Positions 7,866-21,600 of a stretch of 64,000 nucleotides of DNA are shown piece after piece. Numbering within the stretch: position 1 is the stretch's first letter; every line of letters starts with the position of its first letter. This DNA comes from an uncultured Bacteroidaceae bacterium (GTDB lineage: Bacteria; Bacteroidota; Bacteroidia; Bacteroidales; SM23-62), in contig CAZNPH010000001.1 of NCBI GenBank assembly GCA_964574985.1, positions 77,327 through 141,326 of the forward strand, read 5' to 3'. The notes under the pieces were generated by a model. The model ran no database searches and had not been told where the DNA came from. It saw nothing but the letters and a program-made list of their open reading frames with translations. The position numbers and the translations under genes were made by a program.

Positions 7866-8906
7866 ATGAAACCGGTTCCCGTACTGTTTTTTTTCTTGTT
7901 TTTCCTGTTTCTGACCGGAACAGGCAGTATTGATGAAAAAAAGACGTACACCATTGTTTTCTACAATGCTGAAAACCTGTTTGATATTTACGATGATCCG
8001 GAAAAAAATGATGATGCCTTTACCCCCGGAGGCAAAAAGCAATGGGACCGGGAAAAGTATCGCACAAAACTGGTCAACATCAGCAAGGTACTTTCATCAA
8101 TTGATAAAAATAATCTCCCGGAGATCATCGGGCTTTGTGAGGTAGAAAATGCGGAAGTCCTCCGGGATCTGACCGGGACCCGGGGACTGAAAAAAGGCGA
8201 TTATGAATTCATCCATGAAGAGAGTCCGGACGAGCGCGGAATCGACCTGGCCTTCCTGTACCGTAAGGATGTATTTTCCTATGCCGGACATGAAGTCCTT
8301 CCGGTCGTCTTCCCTTTTGATTCATCGGCTTCCACCCGGAATATTCTCCACGTCACCGGAACACTTAATGACCATAATACCTGTCATTTTTTTCTCAACC
8401 ACTGGAGTTCGCGAAGAGAAGGGATCCGGCAAACCCGGCCCAAAAGGATCTGTGCATCTGTCACCCTGAGAAAATCCGTTGACCGGATTCTCAGCGATGA
8501 TCCATCATCCAGGATCATCATCATGGGGGATTTCAATGACGAGCCCACCAACCGGAGCATATTCGAAATACTCAGGGCAAACAACAAAAGAAAAAATACC
8601 ACTGCAAGGGAACTGTACAATCTGATGTACGACATGCACAATACAGGCAACGTGGGCAGCTACAACTACCGCGGCCGGTGGTACATGTATGACCAGATCA
8701 TCGTTTCGCAAAATCTGGTTACAAACCGGAACGGTTACGGGGCCGGATTTAATTCAGGAAAAATATTCATGGAAAAATGGATGTTGTACAGGAATCAAAA
8801 CCTCGGGCAGGACCTTCCCAGCAGAACGTACAGCGGAAATACCTATCACGGTGGTTACAGCGATCACCTGCCTGTATACATCATCCTTGAGCAGAAACCG
8901 GAATAA
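7866..8906 (+). CDS. Secreted endonuclease/exonuclease/phosphatase (EEP) family protein
   Basis: 346 aa with a signal peptide (MKPVPVLFFFLFFLFLTG). It contains YNAENLFD, GLCEVEN, IIMGDFND and a C-terminal SDHLPVY, which are canonical EEP catalytic motifs. Confidence 0.8.
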   Translation: MKPVPVLFFFLFFLFLTGTGSIDEKKTYTIVFYNAENLFDIYDDPEKNDDAFTPGGKKQWDREKYRTKLVNISKVLSSIDKNNLPEIIGLCEVENAEVLRDLTGTRGLKKGDYEFIHEESPDERGIDLAFLYRKDVFSYAGHEVLPVVFPFDSSASTRNILHVTGTLNDHNTCHFFLNHWSSRREGIRQTRPKRICASVTLRKSVDRILSDDPSSRIIIMGDFNDEPTNRSIFEILRANNKRKNTTARELYNLMYDMHNTGNVGSYNYRGRWYMYDQIIVSQNLVTNRNGYGAGFNSGKIFMEKWMLYRNQNLGQDLPSRTYSGNTYHGGYSDHLPVYIILEQKPE

Positions 8907-8917
8907 AGAGAATATTT

Positions 8918-10939
8918 ATGAGATTTACACTCAAATCGGAATATGAACCCACCGGGGACCAGCCCGAAGCAATAAAGGCCTTGAGCGAAGGGATACTGAG
9001 CGGCGATCCTTTTCAGACCTTACTGGGTGTAACCGGTTCAGGAAAAACCTTTACCATTGCCAATGTGATCCGGAATGTTCAAAAACCCACCCTGGTGCTG
9101 AGTCATAACAAAACCCTTGCAGCACAACTGTACGGTGAGTTCAGGGAGTTCTTTCCGGACAACGCGGTGGAATATTTTGTATCATATTACGATTATTATC
9201 AACCGGAAGCCTATATGCCGGTAACCGACACCTACATAGAAAAGGACCTTTCCATCAATGAAGAAATAGAAAAACTCAGGCTCAGTGCAACATCCTCCCT
9301 TCTTTCCGGAAGAAGGGACGTGGTCGTTGTTTCATCTGTCTCCTGTCTTTACGGGATCGGGAACCCGGATGATTTTCATGCAAACACCATTCTGTTGAAG
9401 CAGGGGCAGACCATCGGGCGCAACCGGTTCCTGCACAAACTGGTTGATGGCATGTATTCAAGAAGTGAAATTGATTTCAGGACGGGAAATTTCAGGGTCC
9501 GGGGTGATACCGTGGACATTTTTCTTGCCTACAGTGATTATGGCTACAGGATTGTTTTCTGGGGGGATGAAATAGAAGAGATCCGGCTGATCGATCCCGT
9601 CAGGGGAACTACACTGGAAAAAAAGGAATCCGCCAGGATCTATCCGGCCAATATTTTTGTGACCACAAAGAACAGGATGCAGCAAGCCATCAGGGACATC
9701 CAGGATGATCTGGTCAGACAGACCGGGTTTTTTCATGAAAACGGCAAGGAACAGGAAGCAAAAAGATTGAAGGAAAGGGTAGAATTTGATCTCGAGATGA
9801 TTCGTGAGCTTGGCTATTGCCCGGGAATAGAAAATTATTCCCGGTATTTTGACGGGAGGCCTGCCGGCTCACGCCCTTTCTGCCTGCTGGATTATTTTCC
9901 GGAAGACTATCTGATGATCGTGGATGAGAGCCACGTGACCATTCCCCAGATCAGGGCCATGTATGGGGGGGATCATTCCAGGAAAAGCAACCTGGTTGAA
10001 TACGGATTCAGGCTTCCCGCCGCCCTGGACAACCGGCCCCTTAAATTTGAGGAGTATGAAGGAATAATCAAACAGGCGATATTCGTGAGCGCAACGCCCT
10101 CGGACTATGAACTCGAAAAATGCCAGGGGGTGATTGTCGAACAGGTCGTCAGGCCGACCGGACTGCTGGAACCGGTGATCGATGTGCGGCCAAGCATGAA
10201 CCAGATCGACGACCTGCTGGCGGAGATACGCGAACAGGTGCATAACCACGAACGGGTACTGACCACCACCCTGACCAAAAGAATGGCCGAGGAACTTACC
10301 AAATACCTCACACGCCTGAACATCCGTTGCCGTTATATCCATTCCGATATCGATACCCTGGAAAGGGTTGAGATCATGGACGGATTGAGAAAGGGAGATT
10401 TCGATGTCCTGATCGGTGTGAATTTGCTGCGAGAGGGCCTCGATCTGCCTGAAGTTGCCCTTGTTGCTATAATTGATGCAGACAAGGAGGGATTCCTGAG
10501 GTCTTCCAAATCCCTTACACAGACATCGGGAAGGGCTGCAAGAAACATCCGGGGGAAAGTTATCATGTATGCCGATACGATCACGGAATCCATGCAAAAA
10601 ACCATTGACGAGACCAATCGCAGGCGTGAAAAACAACTGGCCTACAACAAAAAACACAACATCACGCCTCAACAGATCCGCAAGGCGCGCAGATCCCTCA
10701 TAGGCATGCGCACGGGTGAGGTTGACGGGAAAAAATATTATTCCGGGCCCCGGGAAATGGATGTGGCCGCTGATCCGGTTATCGGGTACATGGACGTGGA
10801 TGCAATGAAAAAATCCATTGAAAAGACCAGAAAAAATATGGAAAGTGCAGCCAAAGAACTGAACTTCATTGAAGCAGCCCGTCAACGCGATGAGATGTAC
10901 GCCCTGCAGAAAAAACTAAAACAAATGGAAAACGTATGA
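8918..10939 (+). CDS. uvrB: Excinuclease ABC subunit B
   Basis: 673 aa. It contains GVTGSGKTFT (Walker A), DESH, helicase motifs and a C-terminal UVR domain (...FIEAARQRDEMYALQKKL). Confidence 0.97.
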   Translation: MRFTLKSEYEPTGDQPEAIKALSEGILSGDPFQTLLGVTGSGKTFTIANVIRNVQKPTLVLSHNKTLAAQLYGEFREFFPDNAVEYFVSYYDYYQPEAYMPVTDTYIEKDLSINEEIEKLRLSATSSLLSGRRDVVVVSSVSCLYGIGNPDDFHANTILLKQGQTIGRNRFLHKLVDGMYSRSEIDFRTGNFRVRGDTVDIFLAYSDYGYRIVFWGDEIEEIRLIDPVRGTTLEKKESARIYPANIFVTTKNRMQQAIRDIQDDLVRQTGFFHENGKEQEAKRLKERVEFDLEMIRELGYCPGIENYSRYFDGRPAGSRPFCLLDYFPEDYLMIVDESHVTIPQIRAMYGGDHSRKSNLVEYGFRLPAALDNRPLKFEEYEGIIKQAIFVSATPSDYELEKCQGVIVEQVVRPTGLLEPVIDVRPSMNQIDDLLAEIREQVHNHERVLTTTLTKRMAEELTKYLTRLNIRCRYIHSDIDTLERVEIMDGLRKGDFDVLIGVNLLREGLDLPEVALVAIIDADKEGFLRSSKSLTQTSGRAARNIRGKVIMYADTITESMQKTIDETNRRREKQLAYNKKHNITPQQIRKARRSLIGMRTGEVDGKKYYSGPREMDVAADPVIGYMDVDAMKKSIEKTRKNMESAAKELNFIEAARQRDEMYALQKKLKQMENV

Positions 10940-10947
10940 TATCCCAC

Positions 10948-11808
10948 TTATCCCAGATAGGATTTGAGCAATTTGCTCCGGGATGTATGCCTTAAACGGC
11001 GTATGGCCTTTTCCTTGATCTGACGGACCCTTTCCCGGGTCAGTCCGAATTGTTCACCAATCTCTTCCAGTGTCATTTCCTGTACACCAATGCCGAAAAA
11101 CAATTTGATGATGTCACGTTCCCTTTCCGTGAGCGTGGCCAGTGCCCTGTCAATTTCCTTGATCAGGGATTCGTTCAGAAGGCCCTTGTCCGCATTCGGG
11201 GAATCATTGTTGGGAAGCACATCGAGCAAACTGTTGTCTTCACCGTCCACAAAAGGCGCATCGACCGAAACATGACGGCCCGAAACCCTCAGTGTATCGG
11301 TCACTTTTTCCTTGGGGAGTTCAAGCGCCTTGGCAAGTTCTTCCGGAGACGGTGTCCTTTCGAATTCCTGCTCAAATTTTGAAAATGCTTTGTTGATCTT
11401 GTTGAGTGAACCCACCTGGTTCAATGGCAAACGGACAATCCGGGATTGTTCTGCAAGTGCCTGCAGAATGGACTGCCGGATCCACCAAACAGCATAGGAT
11501 ATGAATTTGAATCCACGTGTTTCGTCAAATTTCTCAGCCGCCTTGATCAGTCCCAGATTTCCCTCATTGATCAAATCAGGAAGACTCAATCCCTGGTTCT
11601 GGTATTGCTTGGCAACGGACACCACAAAACGCAAATTGGCCCTGGTAAGCTTTTCCAGTGCATCCCGGTCTCCCTTTTTGATCCTTTGCGCCAGCTCAAC
11701 TTCCTCTTCAACCGTGATCAGTTCTTCCTTTCCGATCTCCTGCAGATACTTGTCCAGGGAAGCACTTTCACGATTGGTAATCGATTTTGTAATCTTTAAC
11801 TGTCTCAT
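10948..11808 (-). CDS. rpoD: RNA polymerase primary sigma factor (Bacteroidota sigma-A, sigma-70 family)
   Basis: 286 aa with regions 2-4 recognisable: [13 protein letters not shown], the region 3 linker, and [28 protein letters not shown]. The short length is typical of Bacteroidota sigma-A. Confidence 0.95.
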   Translation of the reverse strand: MRQLKITKSITNRESASLDKYLQEIGKEELITVEEEVELAQRIKKGDRDALEKLTRANLRFVVSVAKQYQNQGLSLPDLINEGNLGLIKAAEKFDETRGFKFISYAVWWIRQSILQALAEQSRIVRLPLNQVGSLNKINKAFSKFEQEFERTPSPEELAKALELPKEKVTDTLRVSGRHVSVDAPFVDGEDNSLLDVLPNNDSPNADKGLLNESLIKEIDRALATLTERERDIIKLFFGIGVQEMTLEEIGEQFGLTRERVRQIKEKAIRRLRHTSRSKLLKSYLG

Positions 11809-11820
11809 TTATTCCCTCCT
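11809..11820 (-). promoter_or_regulatory. Perfect Shine-Dalgarno sequence (AGGAGG) 6 nt upstream of the rpoD ATG
   Basis: The reverse strand reads TAGAGGAGGGAATAA-ATG. AGGAGG corresponds to 11815..11820. None of roughly 20 other start regions I inspected in this window has anything comparable. Confidence 0.55.
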
Positions 11821-11891
11821 CTAAAATTCTCTGCGAAAATATGGCATTTCGTAATTAAATTCAATCTAAATTAGAATTCTTTCATAAAAAC

Positions 11892-13346
11892 TTATAATCC
11901 AAATGCATAATACGCGATCAAACCATCCGGATATATACCTTCAACGTACACGCCCCCTTTAAAATTGTCAAGGATTTTTTCAATGTCGTCCACATCCCGG
12001 ACCGGCTGGTTGTTGATCTTGGTCACAATAAATCCTTCCCGGATCCCGGCCGAACGGAATTTTCCGCTTTTCAGCCCAACAACCCGGACTCCATGTTCTA
12101 TCTCAAGTTTTTCCATTTCCATTTCGGATAAGGACTCAAATGCAGCGCCCAGAACAGACAAATAATCCCTGGTTTTAATGACTTTCCCGGTATTTCCTTC
12201 CATGTTGCGTAAAACAACATCAAACTGCCTGATCCTGTTGTTCCGGTTGATCCTGACCGACACCTCGTCACCGGGTTTGTACCGGCTGACCTGTTCCTGT
12301 AAACCCGAGGGACTGTTCACGCGTGCTCCGTTGACCTCCAAAATAACATCTCCCGATTTGATCCCCGCTTCTTCGGCTGCCCCGTCCTCACGGATGCCCG
12401 TGATAAGAACGCCTTTTATATCATCAATATTATTCTTTTCCGCCAGTTCCGCCGTCAGTTCGGTAATGGTGACACCCAGGATGGCCCTCTGCACAACTCC
12501 GTATTCAATGATGTCTCCCACTACTTTCTTTACCAGGCTGACCGGAATGGCGAATGAATTGCCGGAATAGGATCCTGTACGGGAAGCAATGGCGGCATTC
12601 ACACCCACCAGTTCACCCCGGACATTCACCAGCGCTCCCCCGCTGTTGCCCGGATTGACAGCCGCATCCGTCTGTATGAATGATTCAATGGCAAAGTTTT
12701 CTGTGAGTATATTGATATTTCTTGCCTTGGCACTTACAATCCCGGCGGTTACCGTGGAGGTCAGGTTATACGGATTGCCAACGGCAAGCACCCATTCCCC
12801 GAGCTTCAGGATGTCCGAGTTCCCGTATTCAAGACTGGGAAGACCCTGTTCTTCGATCTTGATCACAGCAAGGTCGGTACTGGGATCGGTCCCGATCACG
12901 CTGGCATCGTATGCACGTTTGTCGTTAAGGATCACCTCAATGGCCTGGGATCCCTGAATGACGTGATTGTTGGTGACAATATACCCGTCATCTGTCAGGA
13001 TCACCCCCGATCCGTATCCCGTAACCGGCGTAGGTTCCCGGCGATAGTAACGGTCACCGAAGAAGAAATCATAAAACGGGTTCCCTGATCCTGAATAGGG
13101 ACTTTCCCGGAGGGTTTTGGTTTTGACATGCACTACCGCGTGAACAGTCTTTTCTGCGGCATATGTGAAATCCGGCACCTGACCCTGGGGAGGTCCGGGC
13201 AGATTCACATAACGCATACTCTTTTTTTCAACGGGAGGTGCAGTATTTTCCGTTTCCGGATAAAAAAACAGGGCGAAAATAAAAACTGCGATAAGCCCCC
13301 CGGTGATCCCCACCAGAACATTGCCGATGATCCTTTTTGCATTCAT
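11892..13346 (-). CDS. htrA: HtrA/DegP/DegQ-family periplasmic serine protease with two PDZ domains
   Basis: 484 aa with an N-terminal TM/signal segment. The trypsin-like triad context is present (TNNHV..., DLAVIK, GNSGGALVN), followed by two PDZ-like regions. Confidence 0.92.
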   Translation of the reverse strand: MNAKRIIGNVLVGITGGLIAVFIFALFFYPETENTAPPVEKKSMRYVNLPGPPQGQVPDFTYAAEKTVHAVVHVKTKTLRESPYSGSGNPFYDFFFGDRYYRREPTPVTGYGSGVILTDDGYIVTNNHVIQGSQAIEVILNDKRAYDASVIGTDPSTDLAVIKIEEQGLPSLEYGNSDILKLGEWVLAVGNPYNLTSTVTAGIVSAKARNINILTENFAIESFIQTDAAVNPGNSGGALVNVRGELVGVNAAIASRTGSYSGNSFAIPVSLVKKVVGDIIEYGVVQRAILGVTITELTAELAEKNNIDDIKGVLITGIREDGAAEEAGIKSGDVILEVNGARVNSPSGLQEQVSRYKPGDEVSVRINRNNRIRQFDVVLRNMEGNTGKVIKTRDYLSVLGAAFESLSEMEMEKLEIEHGVRVVGLKSGKFRSAGIREGFIVTKINNQPVRDVDDIEKILDNFKGGVYVEGIYPDGLIAYYAFGL

Positions 13347-13430
13347 GATTGTTTAACGATTTAATTTCTTCTGATAGATCAAAAAACTACGCCCGCTTTA
13401 ACGCGGAACAAAAGCTAAACGCTTTTAACA

Positions 13431-13438
13431 TATTTTTG
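13431..13438 (+). promoter_or_regulatory. Bacteroidota -7 box (TAnnTTTG) upstream of dapF
   Basis: TATTTTTG lies 46 nt upstream of the ATG at 13485. Confidence 0.4.
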
Positions 13439-13484
13439 TTGTCATTGTTTACTAAATTTAACCATCATTAACAATGGACCGCTT

Positions 13485-14259
13485 ATGCCTTTGCATTTTT
13501 CAAAATATCACGGTACGGGAAATGATTTTATCATGATCGATGCCAGCCGCGAATCCGTTCACGCCTTGAATCCGCAAACCATAAGCGGATTGTGCGACCG
13601 TCACACGGGCATCGGGGCAGACGGACTGATCATGATCTCGGAATCCGGTCACGCGGAATTCAAAATGGTTTATTTCAATTCCGACGGGCATGAAAGTACC
13701 CTGTGCGGCAACGGGGGCAGGTGTGCCGTGCTTTTTGCTTCCAAAGCCGGTTTTTTCACCGGAAAATCCGTGCGTTTTGAAGCACCGGACGGGATCCATC
13801 AGGCCGGGATCCTTACCAACCGGCACATCAGGCTGGAAATGGGAGATGTACCCTCTGTAAAAATAGAAAGCGGTCAATACATCCTGGACACAGGATCCCC
13901 GCACCTGGTGATCCCGGTAAAGGACGTGGATTCACTGGATGTCAGGACCCATGGAAGAAAACTCAGTCAGCACAAAAAATACAGGCCCCGGGGCATCAAT
14001 GTGAATTTCATGGAATTTCTGGACGAATATGTATTCATCAGAACCTATGAACGGGGGGTCGAGGATGAGACCATGTCCTGTGGGACGGGAGCGGTGGCTT
14101 CGGCCATAAGTGCAGTGCTTGAAAAAAAATGTGATAAAAATTCAATGAGGGTAAAAACTAACGGCGGGTATCTTCTGGTTCATCTTGGCGAGAGATCCGG
14201 CGGTCAGTTTAAAAAGATTTCACTGGAAGGACCCGCCATACATATCTTTGACGGTTCAG

Positions 14260-14270
<11 letters not shown>
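13485..14270 (+). CDS. dapF: Diaminopimelate epimerase
   Basis: 261 aa. It contains FSKYHGTGNDFIMID, NSDGHESTLCGNGGRC (first catalytic Cys) and ETMSCGTGAVA (second catalytic Cys). Confidence 0.93.
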
Positions 14271-16699
<2,429 letters not shown>

Positions 16700-16835
16700 T
16701 CAGCTTCAACCGTCCCCCGAAGGTATATCCAAAGAGAAGAATACTGTATTTCCTGGAACAGTCATAAATCTGTCAATTAAATAACTGATTTTTAGAAAGT
16801 TTATTGTAATATCCACCCATTATTACATGGATATA

Positions 16836-16843
16836 CAAATTTA
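16836..16843 (-). promoter_or_regulatory. Candidate -7 box (TAAATTTG on the reverse strand) upstream of gyrB
   Basis: This is an exact TAnnTTTG match on the minus strand, about 157 nt upstream of the gyrB ATG. The implied leader is long, so confidence is low. Confidence 0.3.
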
Positions 16844-16914
16844 CTGATTTTTTGTGTCATCTTTTTCAAAAACCCCCTAAAAATCAGACAGTTTATTAAC
16901 AAAAAATTAACATG

Positions 16915-16931
16915 CCGGAAAGATTTTCCGG
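16915..16931 (-). terminator. Candidate intrinsic terminator downstream of the beta-barrel gene
   Basis: A 7-bp stem CCGGAAA/TTTCCGG with a 3-nt loop lies about 18 nt past the stop at 16949. On the minus strand a T-run (AATTTTTTG) follows a few nucleotides downstream. Confidence 0.35.
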
Positions 16932-16948
16932 GAAAGCCATCCGGTGGT

Positions 16949-18610
16949 TTAAAGGGCATATGAAAAACCGGCCATGATTCTGAATCTGTGGGAAGGATAT
17001 TGATTCCAGATAAGGTAATCAGACCCGATAATCTGGTTCATCTGAATAAAAGCGGACAAAATTTTTGTATAACGGTATTCCAGGCCGAGATGAAAATTCA
17101 GGTAAGCATTCAATTGTTTGTAACCTTCCGGTTCCTTCATATCCCTGGCATATCGTCTTCCTTTCAGGAAAAACCCGGCATTTACAATGATCTTGTCCCG
17201 CATATTGTATGTACCGTACAGATCGATCTCAACATCCGGTTTATGCCATGCTTTCAGCAAATGATCGGGTGTATAGTCATATGTGAAGGCTTTCAGCACA
17301 ACATCCCAGCGTTGGTGATCCTGGTAATGGAGAGTTCCTCCCAGCCGGCTGACCCGTACATCATCATAATCCACAACAAAAGTATTTTCCATGGGATCCA
17401 ATGTGTCGTTCACATAAAAATGCATATCTTCTACCAGTCCGTACCGGTAACTTAGATCATATGACAACGTGGGGCTGATATTTCCCTTGACCCCTGCATA
17501 TCCCATGAGTTTCCTGTTTGTGTTCCTCACGACCAGTCCGGGTGTAATAAAAGGATTTTCCCTTGCAATCTTTGCATAGGGATTGCCGGTGAGGGATCCC
17601 CCGACGCCCAGATACGGCACCATGATTTTCTCCACAACATTAAATTGCAGGCTGGCCCTTGGATGTATGATCATACTCAGGTCATCACCGAGCAGGTTCA
17701 GGGTCAGGTCGGCCCCGAGAACATATTTGTAATCCCTTGTGGAGTTTCCCAGCCATGGTTTCAGACTGATTATGTTGTTGGAAACAGAATCCGTCGGTCC
17801 GGTCCCGGACAAATGCTCGGCATGGATGTCAATGCCTGCTGTTTGCTCTCCGAAGAGTTTGTCCAGAGCGGTACGGAGCAGTATATGATTCTGATAATGT
17901 TCCTTCCGGTCCCCGGCAAAATCATAATGCAACCCGGCCCGGTAATTCAAATGTGAAGAATCCACATGTGCGGAAGAAATATTCAAATTTGCCCCGGCCA
18001 TGAAGAACTGCTGATTGATACTGTCCCTGGAGGGGGCCTCAATGTTCAGGGAAGGATTGTAGCCATAATGATGGACATTGATATGACGGGCCTGTATGTC
18101 TCCGGAGACAACGGATCTCCTTCTGATCTGTTTGGCGTACAATAGTGCTTCTGTATTTCCGTATGCCGCATATACATCCTGGTCGTTTTCCAGCCGGATA
18201 TCACTGTTGGTGCTGTTATGATGGAGATAAAAACCAAAAGACCGGTCCTTTGAGCGCAATGAATTTATGCTCAGTTCACCCAGCGGGGATAAATGATTGC
18301 CGAGGCCCAGCTTCAGATACGTCTTATATAGCTTGTCCAGAGGCTCTCCCAGAAGATTTGCAGGTTGTATGGGGCTGAGTTCGAAATCTGTTTTGATCTT
18401 CCGGGGAGTGAGTATATAGTTGAATTCCGGCTGCAGCTCCAGCGTATCTTCAAATTCGGGAAGAAGATTAATCTTACTGGCCTCTGAGACAACCGGTTTA
18501 TAGTTCTTCACCACCACCACTTCTTTCCTGATCTCCTCCTGCGCAAAGCAGGACCATGAAAAGCTCAGGATCATGAACAGGGCGGTATATTTCAAGGGCA
18601 TATATTTCAT
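16949..18610 (-). CDS. Outer-membrane beta-barrel protein (putative porin-like, function unknown)
   Basis: 553 aa with a signal peptide (MKYMPLKYTALFMILSFSWSCFAQ). Alternating hydrophobic/aromatic beta-strand patterns run throughout. The C-terminal strand is ...FRIMAGFSYAL. The start overlaps the stop of the TPR gene by 4 nt. Confidence 0.65.
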   Translation of the reverse strand: MKYMPLKYTALFMILSFSWSCFAQEEIRKEVVVVKNYKPVVSEASKINLLPEFEDTLELQPEFNYILTPRKIKTDFELSPIQPANLLGEPLDKLYKTYLKLGLGNHLSPLGELSINSLRSKDRSFGFYLHHNSTNSDIRLENDQDVYAAYGNTEALLYAKQIRRRSVVSGDIQARHINVHHYGYNPSLNIEAPSRDSINQQFFMAGANLNISSAHVDSSHLNYRAGLHYDFAGDRKEHYQNHILLRTALDKLFGEQTAGIDIHAEHLSGTGPTDSVSNNIISLKPWLGNSTRDYKYVLGADLTLNLLGDDLSMIIHPRASLQFNVVEKIMVPYLGVGGSLTGNPYAKIARENPFITPGLVVRNTNRKLMGYAGVKGNISPTLSYDLSYRYGLVEDMHFYVNDTLDPMENTFVVDYDDVRVSRLGGTLHYQDHQRWDVVLKAFTYDYTPDHLLKAWHKPDVEIDLYGTYNMRDKIIVNAGFFLKGRRYARDMKEPEGYKQLNAYLNFHLGLEYRYTKILSAFIQMNQIIGSDYLIWNQYPSHRFRIMAGFSYAL

Positions 18611-21600
18611 GGTTGCTCCTCATTGTTTTCCCCGCCTGAACCGGGTTCTGCAAATTGCTCCGGTCCCTGCTTATCCTCCGGGGCTTTCAGTTCATTCATT
18701 TTTTTCTGTGCGATATCCAGGATGCCGTCGTCTGTTTCTTCATAGTAATCAAGGATGCTTTGAAGAGTATGCATGGCCTGAAAATCATCCCCCCGTCCGG
18801 CATAAATATCGGAAAGCAATACAAAGGCTTTGGCCATCCAATATTGATGGGGTGTGTTTTCTTCTATAAATTCGAAGATGACCTTTTCCGCCTCATCTGT
18901 TTCTCCGCGCCTGTAAAGTATTTCAGCAACCCGGTATTTGGATTCTGCGCCTTCCCGGCTTTTCGTTTCCCCGGACACTTTCCTGAATTCCTCAAGCGCA
19001 AGTGCCAGGCGGTCCTGCAAATAAAAGGACCTGGCGATTGTAAACCGGGCCTCCCTGATCAGTTCTTCGGAAAGTTTCTCATTCATCATCAGCTCTCTTG
19101 CAGCATCAATTGTATTTCCGTACTCTTCCAGCTCAAAATAGCACCTCATCTTTCCGATCCTCGCCATTTTCAGGTGATCCTGAACCTCAGCCAATCCCTC
19201 GAGCATAAGAAATTCCTCCAGCGCCGCACGGATATTCCCGAGATCGTAATTGATTTCGGAAGCCGATACCAGTGCGGGTTCGGTAAAAATATTCCGGGGG
19301 GCGCGGATCACATAATTATAATCTTCAAGGGCCCGGGCAAAATCACCGGATCTCCGGTGGCATTCGGCTTTGTAGAAATGGGCGTTGATCAGGAAATTCC
19401 CCTGCTCAAATCTGGATATGTATTCGCTGAATTCATGAATTGCCCGTTCACAATTCCCGGCCATATAGAGATTCTCGGCAGACGTATAAACCAGGGAATC
19501 CTGCTCTTCAACCGTGATATTTACCATTTCACCCATGGACTCCACGAAATCCAGGTAAGCATTGATGTTGTTTATTTCCATGTAAACATTCCGCAGTCCT
19601 GTAAGCGCATGTCTTGCTTCTGCAGTCCCTGGAAAAAGCGTAACCGCTTTTTTGTAGTTTTCAATGGCCTCCTGGTTCCTGCCCGTATTGAAATACTGCA
19701 ATCCGAGTTGCACGTATGCCTTGCTGACATACCCGCTATTAGGGAAATTCCCGATGATCTCCTGATATTTTTTGATGGCAGCTGCCGGTTTCTGCAAAAC
19801 CTCCAGGCTTTGGCCCTGCTCATACAATGCATCATCCGTATAGGGTGAATCCGGATATTCTTCCTGCAGGTTCTCAAGGATTTCGATCTTCTTGTTGTGA
19901 TTGCCCATCACCCCCAGTGAAATGGCTTTCTGGAAAAGTGCGTAATCCACATCCAGCATTCCCGCATTAATGGCATTCTCATAATATTCAATGGCCCTGC
20001 CATAAGCGGATGAAATAAAGAAACCGTCCCCGATCCGGTTGAAAGCATCCGGAATCAACCTGGATTTTTCGTCCTTGTTCAGGGGAATGAATTTCCTGAA
20101 CCAGGTATTGGCTTCCTCATAATTTCCCCGGTGGAAATGGATATATCCAATGTTGTAATGGCATACAGGATAAACATCCAGTTGAAAAGACCCGCTGGTA
20201 AGCAGGAAATCGTTGAATTGGGCCAAGGCCTTGTCATATTGCCGGAGCCGGTAAAAAGCCTCCCCTTTCCAGTAATAGCACAAAGCTTTGATATCCGGAT
20301 CATACTTCCCGTATTTCAGGGAAATATCGAATGTATTGATTGCATCATGAAACCTCAGGTTCTTAAACAATTCGAGTCCGCGAAAATACGCCACACGCTG
20401 ATAGGCCTTTTCTATGTCTTCATCTTTCCTGCGGATCTTTTCGATGGAGGCCAGTGCATTTTTATAGTTCCGGGTACGCATGAAAGCCATCAGCAGGAAA
20501 TTATGTGCCTGGTCTGTCCTCGGAGAGGCAGGATATTCCCGGATATACCGGTTAAAGGCCCTGATGGCTTCATTGAAAGGCGAATATGACAGCCTGAAGG
20601 TGACCAGGGCATAATTAAACATGGCATCTTCACGGATATCCGGATCAAAATTCATTTTTGATGCAGACGAAAAAGCCATTCTCGCCTGATTCAGATCATC
20701 GAGTTTCAGGTAGGAATCTCCGAGATGAAAAAGAGCGTTCTGGCTGATTTTGTCTTGTCTCCGGGAAATTTCCCTGAACAGTTTTGCGGCTTTTTCATAG
20801 TCACCGGTTGAATAATGGGTAAAGGCAAGCTGATATTTTTCCCTTCTGCCCGGATACTTTTCCAATCCATGATATCTTTCAAGGTAAGGCAGGGCATCCT
20901 GATACCTGTCCAGTTGAAAATAGGCCTCGCCCGTGACTTGAAGCATTTCGGGCAGGCGCTTTTCATTTACTTTCTCAATCAGGCCGGGAGCGTACTCGAT
21001 GACCTTGTCATATTTTTCCTGCAGATAATATATCTGGGTGATATAATACGGCACAACGCGGGCAAAAGTGTTGTCATCCTCCAGGCGAAGGAACCCCTGC
21101 AGGGCGGTCTCAAAATTTTTCTGTTCGTATGCAATATGGGAATAGTAATATACTGCCGGTGAAGTATAGCGGGTATCCCGGTCCTTGATTTCATAAAAAG
21201 CGGTCCGTGCCTGTGCGTACTTTTTCCGCTTGAAAAAAGCATATCCCCGTTTAAAATGATATTCAGCCTGTTCATCAGGGTCCAGGAGGCAGGGATCGGT
21301 TCTTTCAAACCATTGTACCGCCATGCTGTAACGGTTTTTATCCATATAGTAACGGGCCATTTCAAAACAGGCATCGTTGGTTCCCGGACTTTCCGGGTGA
21401 TTGGCAATGAATGTATACAACAGGTGATCGGCATTGTCATGATACAATCTAACGGCGCACAAAGCCTTGTGATATTCGGCGCTCTCCAGGATCCCGGCTG
21501 TTTCCTGTTCCGGGCGATCAATGACCCGGTCGAACAATTTCTGGGCGGTTCCGTACTTTTGCTTGCGGAAAAGGTCCATGGCACGGACATAATCCCGGTT

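Noticed and set aside
9869-10885. 338-aa ORF antisense to uvrB
   Set aside because: It lies fully inside the strongly supported uvrB gene and its composition is uninformative, so it is a shadow ORF. The same reasoning applies to 15005..15904 (antisense to gyrB), 18655..19848 (antisense to the TPR gene), 25259..25894 and 25964..27839 (antisense to the FemAB-like gene and mutS2), 46477..47247 (antisense to the GH78 gene), 37131..37850 and 38280..38978 (antisense to the PpiC gene), and 59066..59944 (antisense to the GH2 and DUF1080 genes).
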